A DNA stretch of 64,000 nt from Xylographa opegraphella. Its lineage: Eukaryota. Made by a program: the position numbers and the translations under genes. The notes below the pieces were generated by a model, which was not told the origin of the DNA, searched no databases, and saw only the letters and a list, made by a program, of their open reading frames with translations. The stretch is from contig JALDZX010000052.1 in assembly GCA_022813865.1 (NCBI GenBank), positions 1 through 64,000 on the forward strand, in the 5' to 3' direction. This document shows positions 39,201 through 52,155 of this stretch, one piece after another (the first letter of the stretch is position 1; every line of letters starts with the position of its first letter).

Positions 39201-42200
39201 GTACCGTGCCGGGAGAAGCGGAGCTTCGAAACACGTCTATTTCACTACGTATCAATGCGCCAGCCGCCTTGGTTGAGCAGGACCGGCCTACAGGCAATGT
39301 GAAGGCCAGTACCATGCGGGCCGAGGGCTCAAGCTTGATGGCGCTGAGCGTCGCAGGGGAGAACTATCTATTTCTCGGCGTTGGCAAAGACATGGAGGAC
39401 CAAACCAAAGGATCTGATGTTGTCTTCCTGTCGACCACCAATTCCGGCATGACGGCCCCCATCGCCAGCGTTGCCCTCCCAGCGGTTAAAGCTGATCACT
39501 TATTCGTACTTGTTGCCGTGGCAGGTGAGTTACTGGCCACGTCCTTGGCCCAAACTCTACCACCAGGCAGCAGCATCGTGATTTATTCGCAGTCGCCAAA
39601 CATGGACCGCTTCCTCGCGGCTGCGATAAAGAAGCAAGCAGAGGCCAAGGGAGTGCAGACGGTCTTCGTCAGCGCGGGCCCCGCGGAGTTCCGTCCTGTC
39701 CAGGATGGACTTCGGTGGACTAGACTCGACACACGTGCCCCTAGGCACGCGCTGAAGCGGCTCTTCCCCACTACGCCAACCCACTTCCTCGACTTGACGG
39801 CAACTAGGAGCCTCGGCCAGGAGAGTACCATTATAGCTGGCCTTCTGCCCGCCTTAACGAAATCAATCGGCCTAGATGACCTTGCGAGGCTTGAGGCACG
39901 ATTGGCGGATCCCAGCCGAAACGATGTTCTTCTAGCTCGTCTCCAGGATGCTGTTATCAGTGTGACGTCGGCTTCAATCCCTGCCGTGACAGACGATCTA
40001 GTGATTTCTTTGGACCAGATCCACCAGAACAAGCAAGCCTATTTGACAAGTACTGTACGCTGGTTGTCTTCAGATCCTGATCATGTCCCCATTGAGGTGC
40101 GTCCGTACGACGCCCAGCGCCTGTTTGGCACCGACAAATCATACCTCCTTATCGGGCTTACAGGCGAAATCGGGCGCTCGCTGTGTGAATGGATGGTAAC
40201 CAATGGTGCCGGATGTGTCTGTCTGGCAAGCCGTACACCCAAGGCCAATGACAAATGGCTACAGTCCTTTGAAAAGACGGGCGCAATCGTTAAACTTTAT
40301 GCAGTCGATCTCGTTGACAAGTCCAGCCTGGCCCGAGTCCTTGCCGACATGCGTGCCAACTGCCCTCCTATCGCCGGCGTGATGAACGGTGCCATGATCC
40401 TACGCGACTCCCTCTTCTCAACAATGTCCTTCGACATGATGCAGGCGGTCCTGGCGCCTAAGATCGAGGGAAGCAACAACCTTGACGAGCTTTTGTACGA
40501 GGAACCCCTTGATTTCTTCGTGCTGCTGTCCTCGTCGACCGCCCTCATCGGTAACCCGGGCCAGTCGAGCTACGTTATTGCGAGTGGCTACATGAACGGT
40601 CTCGTCCGCCAGCGCCACAAACGAGGACTCGCTGCGTCGGCGGTTGACATTGGTCGTGTCGCTGGCCTCGGCTACGTCGAAACAGCTGGTCAGCATGTCA
40701 TGGACCAGCTGACGAGCTTTGGCCTAATGCCGGTCTCCGAGACCGAGCTTTACCAAGTATTTGCCGAGACCATCATCGCAGGCTATCCGAGATCCTTTGG
40801 GGAGGACGACGCTGATGGTATCTACACGCAAGCCGTTGTTACCACTGGCCTCCGCGCTATTCGCGATGATGAGGAATTGCGAGGCCCGTGGTTCGAAAAT
40901 CCTCTCTTCTCGCACTGCATCATCGAGACCAATGGCCTCGGCGGCGCATCTGGCGATACTCAGCTAGACGCGAAGGGGAGAAACCTCATTCCGATTAAGG
41001 ACCAGCTTGCTACTGCACCGACCAAGGAACACGCGCTGGAGTTGTTGCATGAATGTTTTACGGCCAAGTTGTGCTCAATCCTGCAGATATCCAGCGACAC
41101 ACTCGATCGTAATGCACCTCTTGTCGAGCTTGGCATGGACTCGCTGGTTGCTGTTGAAGTGCGTTCCTGGTTCCTCAAGGAGCTCAGGACGGACATCCCG
41201 GTTCTAAAGTTGGTCGGTGGATCCGCTCTCGCAGACATCTGCCAGCTAGCGTTTAAGAAGCTTCCCGAGGACCTTCTAGTCAGAATTGCAACCGGTAAAG
41301 TTAAGCCTGCGCAGCCAGTTGTGCCGGCACAATCGTTCATTGCTTCGTCCAAATCCCCCTCATCAGGTACGAGCACAGTTGACGACTTGGCACCTAGTCC
41401 ACGAAGCCTATCAAGCGCGGACACGCCAAATTCGACAGCCTCGCAGACGTTGTTAGAATTTGTGAACAAATCCATGACAGCTTCCGCCAAAACGAAAACG
41501 GTACCTGAGGCTCCATCCATGGTATTTGTCAAGAGCGAGCCCATCTCAATCGGTCAATCCCGATTCTGGTTCCTCCGGCTACTAGTCGAAGACCCAACCA
41601 CGTTCAATGTGGCATTGAAGTATCACCTGACTGGCCACGTGCGTGTAGGTGACCTGGAAAGGGCTCTTCGTACTGTAACGGCCAGGCACGAATCACTACG
41701 CACATGCTTCATTGGTGACGAGACCGAAGTTGACCAGGCATACCAGAAGGTCTTGGCACGCTCTCCGGTCAGGTTAGAGCACAAAAAGATCCATTCGGCA
41801 GAAGAGGTTTCTATCGAGTACGACCAGCTACGAGCGCATGAATTTAACCTTACAAGCGGTTCGTTGCTACGCATGATACTTTTAACCTTGTCGACGACTT
41901 CTCATTACCTACTCGTCAACGCTCACCATATCATTATGGATGTAACGAGTTTTCAGGTCCTCCTCTCTGACTTGGACAAGGCCTACAACGGTCAACACCT
42001 GGGTCCTCGTCCCCGGCAGTACCCCGAGTTTTCTGTGGCTCAACGCCAAGCGCTTGATCAGGGGCAAATGAGCGACGATCTCAAGTATTGGAAGGGCGTC
42101 TTTCCAGCAGACGATCCACCACCGGTTCTGCCGCTGCTACCCATGGCACGATCAAGCTCCCGAGTGTCTGTAACCAATTATGAGGTCCATCAGGTGACCG

Positions 42201-45200
42201 CTAAGTTAAGGCCGGAAATTGTCACACGAATCAAGTCACTAGCTAAAGCCCAGCGATCTACGCCCTTTCACTTTTACCTAGCTGTATTCAAAACGATGCT
42301 ATTCTCCTTCACAGACGCTCAGGATCTGACCATTGGCATTGCTGATGCTAATCGCAACGACAGCGACCTGCTTCAAAGTGTCGGCTTTTTTATGAACCTA
42401 CTTGCCTTGCGATTCCGTCGTCCATCCCGTCAAAGATTTGCGGATGCCATTGCCGAAGCCCGCAATACGGCCTATGGAGCACTAGAGCATTCTCGTCTGC
42501 CATTTGATGTGCTCCTCAAGGAACTTAAGGTGACACGTTCTTCGTCGTACAATCCTTTCTTCCAGGCGTTCTTCGACTACCGCCAACGAGATCGAGGCGG
42601 GCAAATCTGGAGCCAATGTCAATTTGACCTGGAGGATTATCATCCGGGAAGAACTGGCTATGATATTGCCCTAGATGTGGCCGACATGACTCCCGAGGCT
42701 CATATCTCATTGCGCGTACAGAAAGGCTTTTATGATTTGACAGCGGCGAACTTGTTGCTTGAGACGTACACGCACTTCATAGATATCCTTTCAGGTGACG
42801 CATCGCTCTTTCTGCAGGACGTACCACTTTTCAGCAAGGAGCAGCTTACACGTGCCGTGCAAGTAGGCCATGGTGAGTTCATTTCCCTTCCGATCGTATA
42901 TTGTATTGTTGGCTGACCGCGAGAAGGTCCCGACCTGGTTGCGGAGTGGCCAGAGACGCTGCCGCATCGGATCGACCTAGTCGCCCGCGAGAATCCCGAC
43001 AAGATTGCCCTTGTGGATGGCCTTGGGAGCAGTCTCACATATACAACCATGGTCCGTAGGATCGAGGCGATTGCGGAGTCACTATCAAAGGCTGGGGCTG
43101 GCCCGACCTCTCGCGTGCTCGTTTACCAGCAAGCATCAACTGACTGGGTTTGTTCTATGCTTGCCATCATGCGCATCGGAGGCGTCTATGTGCCACTTGA
43201 CCTGCGCAACCCTTTATCGCGCCTGGTGACCATAGCCCATGACTGTCAGCCAAGTGCCGTCTTGGCTGACAATACTACCGACGGCGATGCCTCCCAGCTC
43301 GGAGTTCCCATCGTTATTGACGTATCAGGTGTAGGGTCTGCAGCCTCGACTTTCGTCCCTAACGTTGCACGTTCTGATTCGCCTGCCGCCATCCTGTACA
43401 CGAGTGGTTCGACAGGGACACCCAAGGGCATTATTATTCGGCACTCTGGTATCCGTAATGAAATGGAAGGCTACACAAAGACACACAGTCTTGGGGCGGA
43501 GCGGGTTTTGCAGCAGAGTGCCTTTACCTTTGACTTTTCGGTGGACCAGATATTTACGGGTCTTGTGAATGGCGGCATGGTCTACATTGTCCCCTGGAAC
43601 AAACGCGGCGACCCAGTCTCCATCACGGAAATCATCCGCCAGGCGTCCATCACGTACACCAAAGTTACACCCTCAGAATATTCGATGTGGATGGAATACG
43701 GTTTTGACAACCTTCAACAAGCGACCAGCTGGCGCTTCGCCTTTGCAGGAGGCGAGCCCATGACCAACCATATCCTGCAACAGTTTGCTCATCTTGGTCT
43801 TGGGCAGCTGCGTTTGTACAACTCTTATGGTCCAGCCGAGATTTCCATTGCCTCCCACAAAAGATTAGTGGAGTACACCAAGGAGCGACCCGAGGAGGAT
43901 GGGCCTGTGCCGTGTGGGGTTTCTCTACCCAACTATTCAACGTATATTCTGGACGAAAACCTCAAGCCACTTCCTATCGGTATGCCGGGAGAGGTGGTGA
44001 TTGGCGGTGCTGGTGTGTCCGTCGGTTATCTGACCGACCCGGAACGTACGACCCGGGTCTTTGTTCCGAACCCTTACGCAACCCCCGAGTATGTGGCCCA
44101 TGGCTGGATCTGGATGCATCGCACTGGCGATGTTGGACATCTGCAGGACGACGGATCCTTGATTTTCAGGCACCGTATCGCAGGCGACACACAAGTCAAG
44201 CTACGGGGCCTTCGCATCGATCTGCGCGACATCGAAACCAACTTGGTCTCTACCTCCGGGGCCATTCTTAAATCGGCCATTGTTACGCTCCGTAAGGGTG
44301 ATCCTGACTACCTCGTCGCCCATGTCGTATTCGCACCCCAGCACCACATCGACGACCAGAATATCTTCCTAAAACACCTACTCGGCCGTCTTCCGATTCC
44401 CCAGTACATGATCCCCGTTCTGGCAGTCCCACTCGACAAGTTCCCTCTGACCAGCCATGCTAAGGTGGATCGGAAGGCCATCCTAAACCTTGCACTGCCT
44501 CAACGCGTTGCTATCGATGCCGAAGACGACAATGAACTGACTGAGACCATGATGCAGTTAAAACAATTGTGGCGGCAGGTCCTTGGAAAGAACAGCGAAA
44601 ACCTGGGGCTGGCCATCACCCCTTCAACCAGTTTCTTCGCAGTTGGGGGGAATTCTTTGCTGATCGTTCGACTTCAGTCGCAAATTCGCCATGTCTTTAA
44701 CGCGAGTATCCGTCTCGTAGATCTTTTCAGTGCCAACACCCTCGGGCAGATGGCGCGCACGATGGATGAAAGTACCGGTGTCGACTTTGTTGACTGGGAA
44801 CAGGAGACTGCGCCTCCATCAATTGCTAGCCATCCTGACCGAGGTGTGAATCGAAGGCAAAAGGGTCCCAGCACTGTTTTGATAACTGGTGCAACGGGCA
44901 ATCTTGCAAGAAAACTGCTACCGTTACTGACAACAAATCCCCTCGTTAGTAAAATTCACTGCGTTGCCGTGCGAGACAAGCCCTCTGAGGGGCCTCGAGA
45001 CCTGTTTCACAATGACAAGATAGTGCGTCATGGTGGTAATCTCGAGGCCCCACGACTCGGACTCACGGAGGACGACTTCCGGGCCCTTTCCAACGAGGTA
45101 GACGTGATCCTGCACCTGGGTGCCGTGCGATCATTCTGGGATAATTACCACATGATTCGTTCTAGCAATATCCAGTCCACCAAGGAGCTGGTCCGGTTGG

Positions 45201-45847
45201 CAGCCCCGCGTCGGATCCCCATCCACTTCGTCTCCACCTCGGGCGTTCTGCCAAGCGATATTCTGGATTCTGTTGCGACCGCAGGAGCCGCGTCTTCGGC
45301 TGCAGATTATGAACCTCCATCCGATGGCTCCGACGGTTACGTTGCGTCGAAATGGGCCGGTGAACGTCTCCTCGAGCGTTCTGCGGCAAGCCTCGGCGTG
45401 CCATCCTACATCTACCGCCTCCTCCCGCCAGCCCACGCGCAGCAGCCAAAGCACCTGAAATGGGAGGCGCTGGACGAATTCGTGCGCTGCGTGGACCTGG
45501 CAGGCGCAATGCCGGATTTTACGGGCTGGGAAGGCCACGTCGACCTCCTCCCTGCCCGGCAGGTAGCGCAGTGGTTGTGCGAGTCGGTCATCGCATCTGG
45601 GCAATGCACAGCGCCCGCAAAAGCAGCGACAACCCACTTCTCCCACTATGAGAGCCCCATCACCGTCAATGTGGGTGAACTCAAGATATATCTCGAAGAA
45701 ACGAGGGGCCATGGCAGCCTCAAGCGACTGCAGCTGCTCCAGTGGATGGGTCGCGCCAAGGCAGTTGGATTCGCCTTTGTCATAGCGTCGCTAGAGACCG
45801 CAGTCGGAGACAGCCAGGGGGGAACCAAGCTCACATCGCGGAGATAA
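33243..45847 (+). CDS. Iterative hybrid PKS-NRPS (KS-AT-DH-cMT-ER0-KR-ACP-C-A-T-R), about 4068 aa, 6 exons
   Basis: [96 protein letters not shown]; introns 33880-34028, 34365-34414, 37620-37708, 37930-37985, 42873-42926 give an open 12207-nt frame. Confidence 0.97.
34831..34866 (+). repeat. In-frame 9-bp tandem repeat (ACGCCCTTC)4 encoding (TPF)4
   Basis: Four perfect copies in the KS-AT linker. Confidence 0.95.
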
Positions 45848-46503
45848 CAGCTGGTTGGTTCGGCGTTCTGAAGGCGAACGCATTTGGCTTCAAGGCGAAA
45901 GGGTTGCAAACCCTACAGCTGGATGGCGGTAGTCTCCCAGAACAATAGGCAAGATAGATCCCTAAGCTCGTAGAATTGATGACTTTTGCAAGAACTACTT
46001 TCCATCCCGATTCCGGTGTTTCCTAACCTTACCTCCTAACCTTCCGGCATCGCCTCCCTCTTCTGCTGTAGCGCTGTTTTATTAAATTTGATTATACTCG
46101 GTATGATCTAACACTATGAGACTGGCTATGCTCTCACACCTTGCCTGATCGTTTTTTTCCACTCCTTCGCGGATTGTTTAGACTTTCGTAACCTGAGATG
46201 CTAAACTAGAGTTTTATGGCTCGAGCGAAGTGAACACGATTACAATTACTTATAGGCATGCCCTTTTATGGTGCCGAATCACGATGCCGGTTAGCCAAGC
46301 AGCGTAACGTAGTTTCAAATGTTTGTCCGTTGCATGGCAAATCATTGATTGTCATAGGCTAGTAAGCAGTAGTCGGATCACCGCACTCATCCAGAACTAT
46401 CTAACGGACGCAACCTAGTTTTTTGCGACCGCCTGTGTGCCATTGCGATAGCACATCGCAAACTGTGGCGAGCTGCCGATTAGAGCACCAGAACACACTG
46501 TGA

Positions 46504-47983
46504 TCAAGCCGCCACTCCAAGCACGATAGGGATATCTGGCAGCAGCTTCTGCTGCGGCACCTGCTCCACGGTCAACGGCTTTCCGTCTGGGCCGTACCGT
46601 GTGGCGTTCATATCCAGTCGCCTTGAATCCCTAGCCGCCTGCCCGGCTCTCTGGAGCATCATCTCGTTGTAGATGGCCACGTCCTGCTTCACAGCTGCCA
46701 CGTCCTTGAACCTATCCACATCAGTCAGCCGACCTAGCATCTTGCCCAGGACGAGCGAATCGACGAGCGTGTGGAATCCGCCCTCGCCCCGAACCGGCAT
46801 CATGGCGTGTGCGGCATCCCCCATCAGAATGACCCGGCCGGCTGGCAGGCTCTCGAGGTCGATATCGCGCCAGACGTGCTGCGCCTCCCGAATTTCTTCG
46901 GGTTTGGTTCGCTCAAAGATCTCGCGCAGCTTGGGTGACAGCTTCTCGGTGGCCTTGAGCGCGTGGTTCAGCTTCTCCTGCTTGCTGGCGGTCTGGAGCC
47001 AGTGGTCGGGCTTGGCGACGTCCGAATCGTAAAACATCAGATTCCAGTAGTAGCGCGCGGAGAGGCCGTCGGGACTGACGTAGTGCAAGCCCACGAAGCT
47101 GAAGAAGCCGAGGTCGGGGTCGAGGTACATGATGCCACTGTGGCCGAGGTCTAGCTGGCGCTTGAAGGCTTCCCCTGACAGGTCGAGCTCCCCAATGATG
47201 GTGGCAAGGGGGATCACGTTGAGGAGGTCCTCGGCTGAGCGATTGATGAGGTGCTGTCGCACTGTTTTTCGTTCAAGTCATCCCATTTGCCAATTGAAAG
47301 ATGGCAAGTGGATATAGGAGTAGCTTACCGATACTATTAATGCCGTCTGCACCAACGAGGATGTCTCCCTTGGCGTTGCCGCCGTCCTCAAAATTCACCG
47401 TGACGCCGTCATCGTCGTGTACAATGCGCGTCACGCGCTTGCCCCAACGGATGGGAATGTTTGTCGATAGCCAGGAGCGAAGACGGCGACGCTCGGCGCG
47501 GATGAGTGGCCTATCAGGTTCGTCCTATCCACAGAAAGGGATGTTGGCCAACTCAACAGCAAGCGTCCACGTGATAGGTATTGGCTCGCCTAATGGAGAA
47601 ATATGATGGGATGAGGGCGTACCTCAAAGCCAAAACGGTCCTGCCTGCTATTCGTGTAGACGGTGATCTGGGCAGGGAGCTTCAGGGGTGTGAGATGGTT
47701 GACCGAGGCTCTCATGTCCGGCATGTCGGACGGGTAGGACGCTAGGAGAGCGTCGACAATGCTGTATTCTGCCGCGTCAGAAGACGGTTCGCTCTCTCGT
47801 TTCCTCTTTCCTTTGCCTAGAGTAAAAGGGCTTTGCGTACGAATACAGGGCAATGGCCCATCCCTGAGAGCGGGAGTTGGGATCAGCATCGCGCTCGAAT
47901 ATCTCAAACGAAATGCCCTGCTTTCGCAGGCCTTGGGCTAAGCTGAGCCCACCAAGGCCCGCACCGACAATAAGGACGTGCAT
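46504..47983 (-). CDS. FAD-dependent monooxygenase (group A flavoprotein), 4 exons
   Basis: VLIVGAGLGGL, LVGADGINSIVR, VILMGDAAHAMMPVRGEGG. Confidence 0.92.
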
Positions 47984-48645
47984 GATGGTGAGGTTTGGTG
48001 ATGTGGGACTTGAATTCCCGTGTAGCTGCCCTGAGTTGACTGTTTGGGTCTGTATCGCGAAACTTGCACGGCAGTGCCGAGCCAGCACGGGTGGTCATAA
48101 GCTCGCAACAGAAACAGCCATCTCGGATCTCGCCACGATGGAGGATCCGACATAGCAGTCTGTCGGGCCTTGCTACACAGTCTCGAGACAGTCCCGGTCC
48201 TGTCATGTCAACGCCGAAGGATGGAACAACTTCCGGGCCGTTCTTCGCTTCGGGAGTAAGCACAAGGCGGGGCAGAACCGAGAATACCGCCCTCGGCGCC
48301 ATCGGCGTTTCCATTGGCGCCGGGGCAGCGTGCGAGTGTGAAAAATGCAGGAAGCTCAAAGTCGCCGAAGTCTGATCCCCAACAATCGGCGTGGTGGGGG
48401 CCACCATACGTGCGAATCGATCGCCATGGACATGGCAATAGTAAAACGTTCCACGAGCTGTTGCAGTAAAGGAGTCGGAATGGTCGACAGTCCGAGACAT
48501 GGAAGAGTCGCAGATCAAACCACCCCCCATCAAAATCATTATTCAGCTTCCTTAGTTCTCCAGTTTCCTGGCCCTCACTTTTCTTCATCGTGGGTACCTG
48601 AAATCAAGGTCAATAAAACAAACCTACTGGCCTGCCTCAATCAAC

Positions 48646-49614
48646 ATGACGTTGGCCGACCCAGAGCTGGCCCTCCCAATCATCGACCTGAGCGGCTATC
48701 TCGCCCCGCAAGCGCCAGGCGATAGGCAACGGGTGATCACGGAGGTCCGCGATGCTGCCCATCGGTATGGCTTCTTCCAGGTCCGCGGCCACGGCGTGCC
48801 TTTGACGCTGCAGCGAGATCTGCCCCGGTGCATGGATAATCTGTTCGACCTGCCCGCCAAAGAGAAGCTCGAGATGTCTTTCCTGAAGAACCCTTGCCGC
48901 CGAGGATACGAAGCGGCTGGCATGTCGCATAGGGTGGGGGATCCTCTACCCGATGCAAAGGAGTGCTTCTTCATCGGCCAGGAGGATGCCGCTATCGAAC
49001 TCTCCGGCTTCTACGGTCCCAATGTCTGGCCCAACCTCTCCGAAGGCGACTTTCGGGGTCCGATATGGGCTTACTATCAGCACACCAGAGACCTCGGGAG
49101 GAGCCTCTGGTCCATTTTGCTCGAAGGGCTTGGGCAGCCGGCGGCGCTGGTGGACAAGTTCGCCAAGCGGCCGGTGGTGCCGATGAAGATGATCCGCTAC
49201 CCGCCGCACAACACCGTCCAGCCAGGCCAGCTGGGCATCGGCGCTCATACCGACTTTGGTGGTATCACCATTCTGTACCAGCAGCCCGGGAAGGATGGGC
49301 TGGAGGTTTGGCACGAGACGCGGGAGCAGTGGATCGAAGTGCCCGCGCTCGAGGACCTCTACGTTATCAACTGCGGAGATATGGTCGAGAGGTGGTCGGG
49401 CGGCGCCTACAAGAGCGCCAGGCACAGAGTCATCAACAAGGTCGACGGCGAGAGGCTGTCATGTGCTACCTTTTGGCACGGCGACGTATATGCCACCAAT
49501 CCGCTTAAGCCTGATGACCTCAACAAGGAGACTGTCGGTCAGCTGCTGGTGAAGCGCTTCCGTACCCAATATTCCATAAACAAGGAGACGATTGCTCAGG
49601 TCGGTATGGTATAA
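48646..49614 (+). CDS. 2-oxoglutarate/Fe(II) dioxygenase (IPNS/DIOX-like)
   Basis: LPIIDLS, GFFQVRGHGV, HTD, HRV, RLS motifs; single exon. Confidence 0.93.
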   Translation: MTLADPELALPIIDLSGYLAPQAPGDRQRVITEVRDAAHRYGFFQVRGHGVPLTLQRDLPRCMDNLFDLPAKEKLEMSFLKNPCRRGYEAAGMSHRVGDPLPDAKECFFIGQEDAAIELSGFYGPNVWPNLSEGDFRGPIWAYYQHTRDLGRSLWSILLEGLGQPAALVDKFAKRPVVPMKMIRYPPHNTVQPGQLGIGAHTDFGGITILYQQPGKDGLEVWHETREQWIEVPALEDLYVINCGDMVERWSGGAYKSARHRVINKVDGERLSCATFWHGDVYATNPLKPDDLNKETVGQLLVKRFRTQYSINKETIAQVGMV

Positions 49615-50087
49615 CCACAGAATCAGCCGAGGGCCTAGTGTGTAGCATAGTTGAATACAATGGAGTGGACAAGGGCATGTTATGCTACGTTTCTCAGAAT
49701 CACGACCTTTTGGTTATACGGTTGTCAATCTTGGGTAATCTTACAAATGAGAGTCGCTCATTCCAGCTTGTCTAGTTCACCATGGTTGCTTTGAGATTTG
49801 GCAACATAAAGCAAGACCTCGAGGGTCAGGGAAGCATAATGGTCGAAACGCTTCTTATCTCAAGTTTTCCACCACGTCGACGTCGTATGTCTCTCCATGA
49901 TCAGCCAACTTATAGTATGGAATCCTCCTATTACTCAACTCAATTGATACAGTCAGAGAATCATAATTTACTATCTTGTTTATATGTAAAGGGCCTCATT
50001 GTGACAGGCAAAAAAACACCTAAGTTTTCATCCGCAGGATTCATGGAGCAGGATGGAGCGTTTTCCCCTGCTCTTCAGCCGGGATCT

Positions 50088-51551
50088 TCAGCGTATCAAA
50101 GTAGCCTCGATGGTACTCTGAGTTGGATTATCGGGCAATCTCCAGATCATGTCAATCTTGAGGCCGACTTCTCCAAGAAGCTTGTGCCACTGCTGCTCGC
50201 AACGCTCGACTCCTCCCTCCATGAACATGTTGATATCCATGAAGAATGGGAAAGGGTTCGACCCAGCGGTGGCAGTTGCAGGGAGGATCAGCTCGCCAAT
50301 CAAGATGCGGGAGGTCGGTCCCATGGCGTCCACGATATGGGACAGGATTTTCTGGCTCCGCTCGTCGTAGTGATTGTGTAGCACGTTGCGGAGGTAGTAA
50401 ATGTGTGCATCTGTGGCGATGCCATCAGCAGGCGGATCCAAGCGGCAAAAGATCGGTCTTCTAGGACTGCAATCGAAACTCACTCTTAACCGGCTGAGGG
50501 TCGTAGAAGTTGTGCGGCATATTGTCCACCCCTTGGACCCTCACAGGATCACTTCCCTCCAGAACTTGGGCCATATCCTGCAGAACCATGCTGCCGCCGT
50601 AGCTGCCGCCGCACTCTTTCATGATGGATACCAGCGCGTTGCCACGTCCGCCGCCGACATCCACGACGAAGGCGCGCTGCGGCTCTGCCTCGACAGCGAC
50701 CTTCATGGAGCGGAACAGAAACATGCCTGTGATGGGCTGCGTGGCCTGGATCATGGTCATGCCTTTGTGCCAGGCATCCGCTGTCGCTGGGTCGTCCTCG
50801 AGAGCATCATAGTAGGTCATGCCCTCCTTGTCCAGCGCCCAGACGTAGGGCACCTTGGTGGCATCTTGTGCCTGCTCGGCCGAATGCGTCAGAAGGTAGT
50901 CCGAGACTTTCCACCACTGGGGGAATTGCATGGTACTGAAAATCTCCATTGTCAGTTACAAATGTCTAGATACGAATATCTGGGGAGGGCTCTACCCAAG
51001 GCGGTACAAGCTAGCAGCGTGATCCGTACGGAAGATTGCCGATGCAGCTGTGTGCTCGTAAATACCAGGAGCGATCTCCGTGAAGATGCCTTGGGTAAGC
51101 AAGATGCGAAGAAATCGAGCTGAGGACACAACATCTCGTAAGCAACTACCTACTAAACCAAGTATTTCGAGCATGGGAGGGGGCTCTCGCACTCAGAATA
51201 GCAGCATCGAGTTTGACGGCGGCCGCGACATCGTCGATGGCGATGCTGCCTTGGAGCGGCATCGTGTCAAAGACGCCATGGCTCAGCAGTACATTCAAGG
51301 CGGGAAGGATTTGGAACTAGCCAGCGTGTATCAGATACACGTCCGTCAATTGGTATCGAAGCATAAACTACGGGGCGTACCGGACGGGCATGGAATAGCA
51401 GAGCGTCTAGAGGCGTGTTGAGGAGACACCGGAGCTTGTCAAGTTGCTCTACCAGCTTTGCTTGGTCTGTCGGTGAGCCGGAATGGGCTTTGAGGTCCAC
51501 AACCAGCTGTTCTGCCTCGGCGATGACGGACACATCAGGAACGAGAGCCAT
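50088..51551 (-). CDS. SAM-dependent O-methyltransferase-fold protein (5 exons)
   Basis: N-terminal dimerisation/wHTH region, VVDVGGGRG, VLQD, HNFYDPQP, YYLRNVLHNH, GGVERCEQQW. Confidence 0.9.
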
Positions 51552-51855
51552 GTCGCTTGACGGTAATATTCTAGATGATGGGGTTGAAGCCACACGCAAG
51601 TATTGACAAATTAGGCTCTACAAAAATTCGAAGATAAACAAACTTATAAGTAGCATAGGTAGTGATCATGCAGTGATGACCCCTCGGGCATCGCTTCTTG
51701 GAGGTGCTCGGAAACGCATTTTCTTTTTAGGGCATCATTTCATCATGATGATAGGTTTGCATGCGTTCGATGAAAAGATTCGGAGTATGAAACAGTTCGA
51801 TTCTACGGTTGCAAACGGTCGCCAAGGTCAAGGATTCTCCAAATGTAATCGCGAG

Positions 51856-51864
51856 AAATCGCCG
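51856..51864. promoter_or_regulatory. Putative cluster-regulator site AAATCGCCG in OMT/P450 divergent promoter
   Basis: Exact motif copy. Confidence 0.5.
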
Positions 51865-52155
51865 GCCTTGCTGATTTGTCAGGCTCGAGTCCAGCTTTGC
51901 AGGCTTGATGGTATACCAATGCTGGTTTTCGTGTCGCAATGCAGCTTCGGCGTATTATATATAAGGTACGTACGCCGATGATGCATGAAATCCTAGAAAA
52001 CCGCATGCGCTTTCGGCGTGTTTTAAATGAGGTACCGTTCCGGGAATCGGTGTGCAGCGGACCGAGAAAGATCAGCCCATGTTTGCCAAACCAGCAGTGA
52101 AGCAGATATAGCGGCTCTCCTTTCAGTTTTTGATCGCCAAGATCTATCAGGCCGA

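Noticed and set aside
33243..45847. PKS-NRPS as fragmented pseudogene
   Set aside because: Breaks in the ORF track coincide with five GT-AG introns; spliced length is a multiple of three and open
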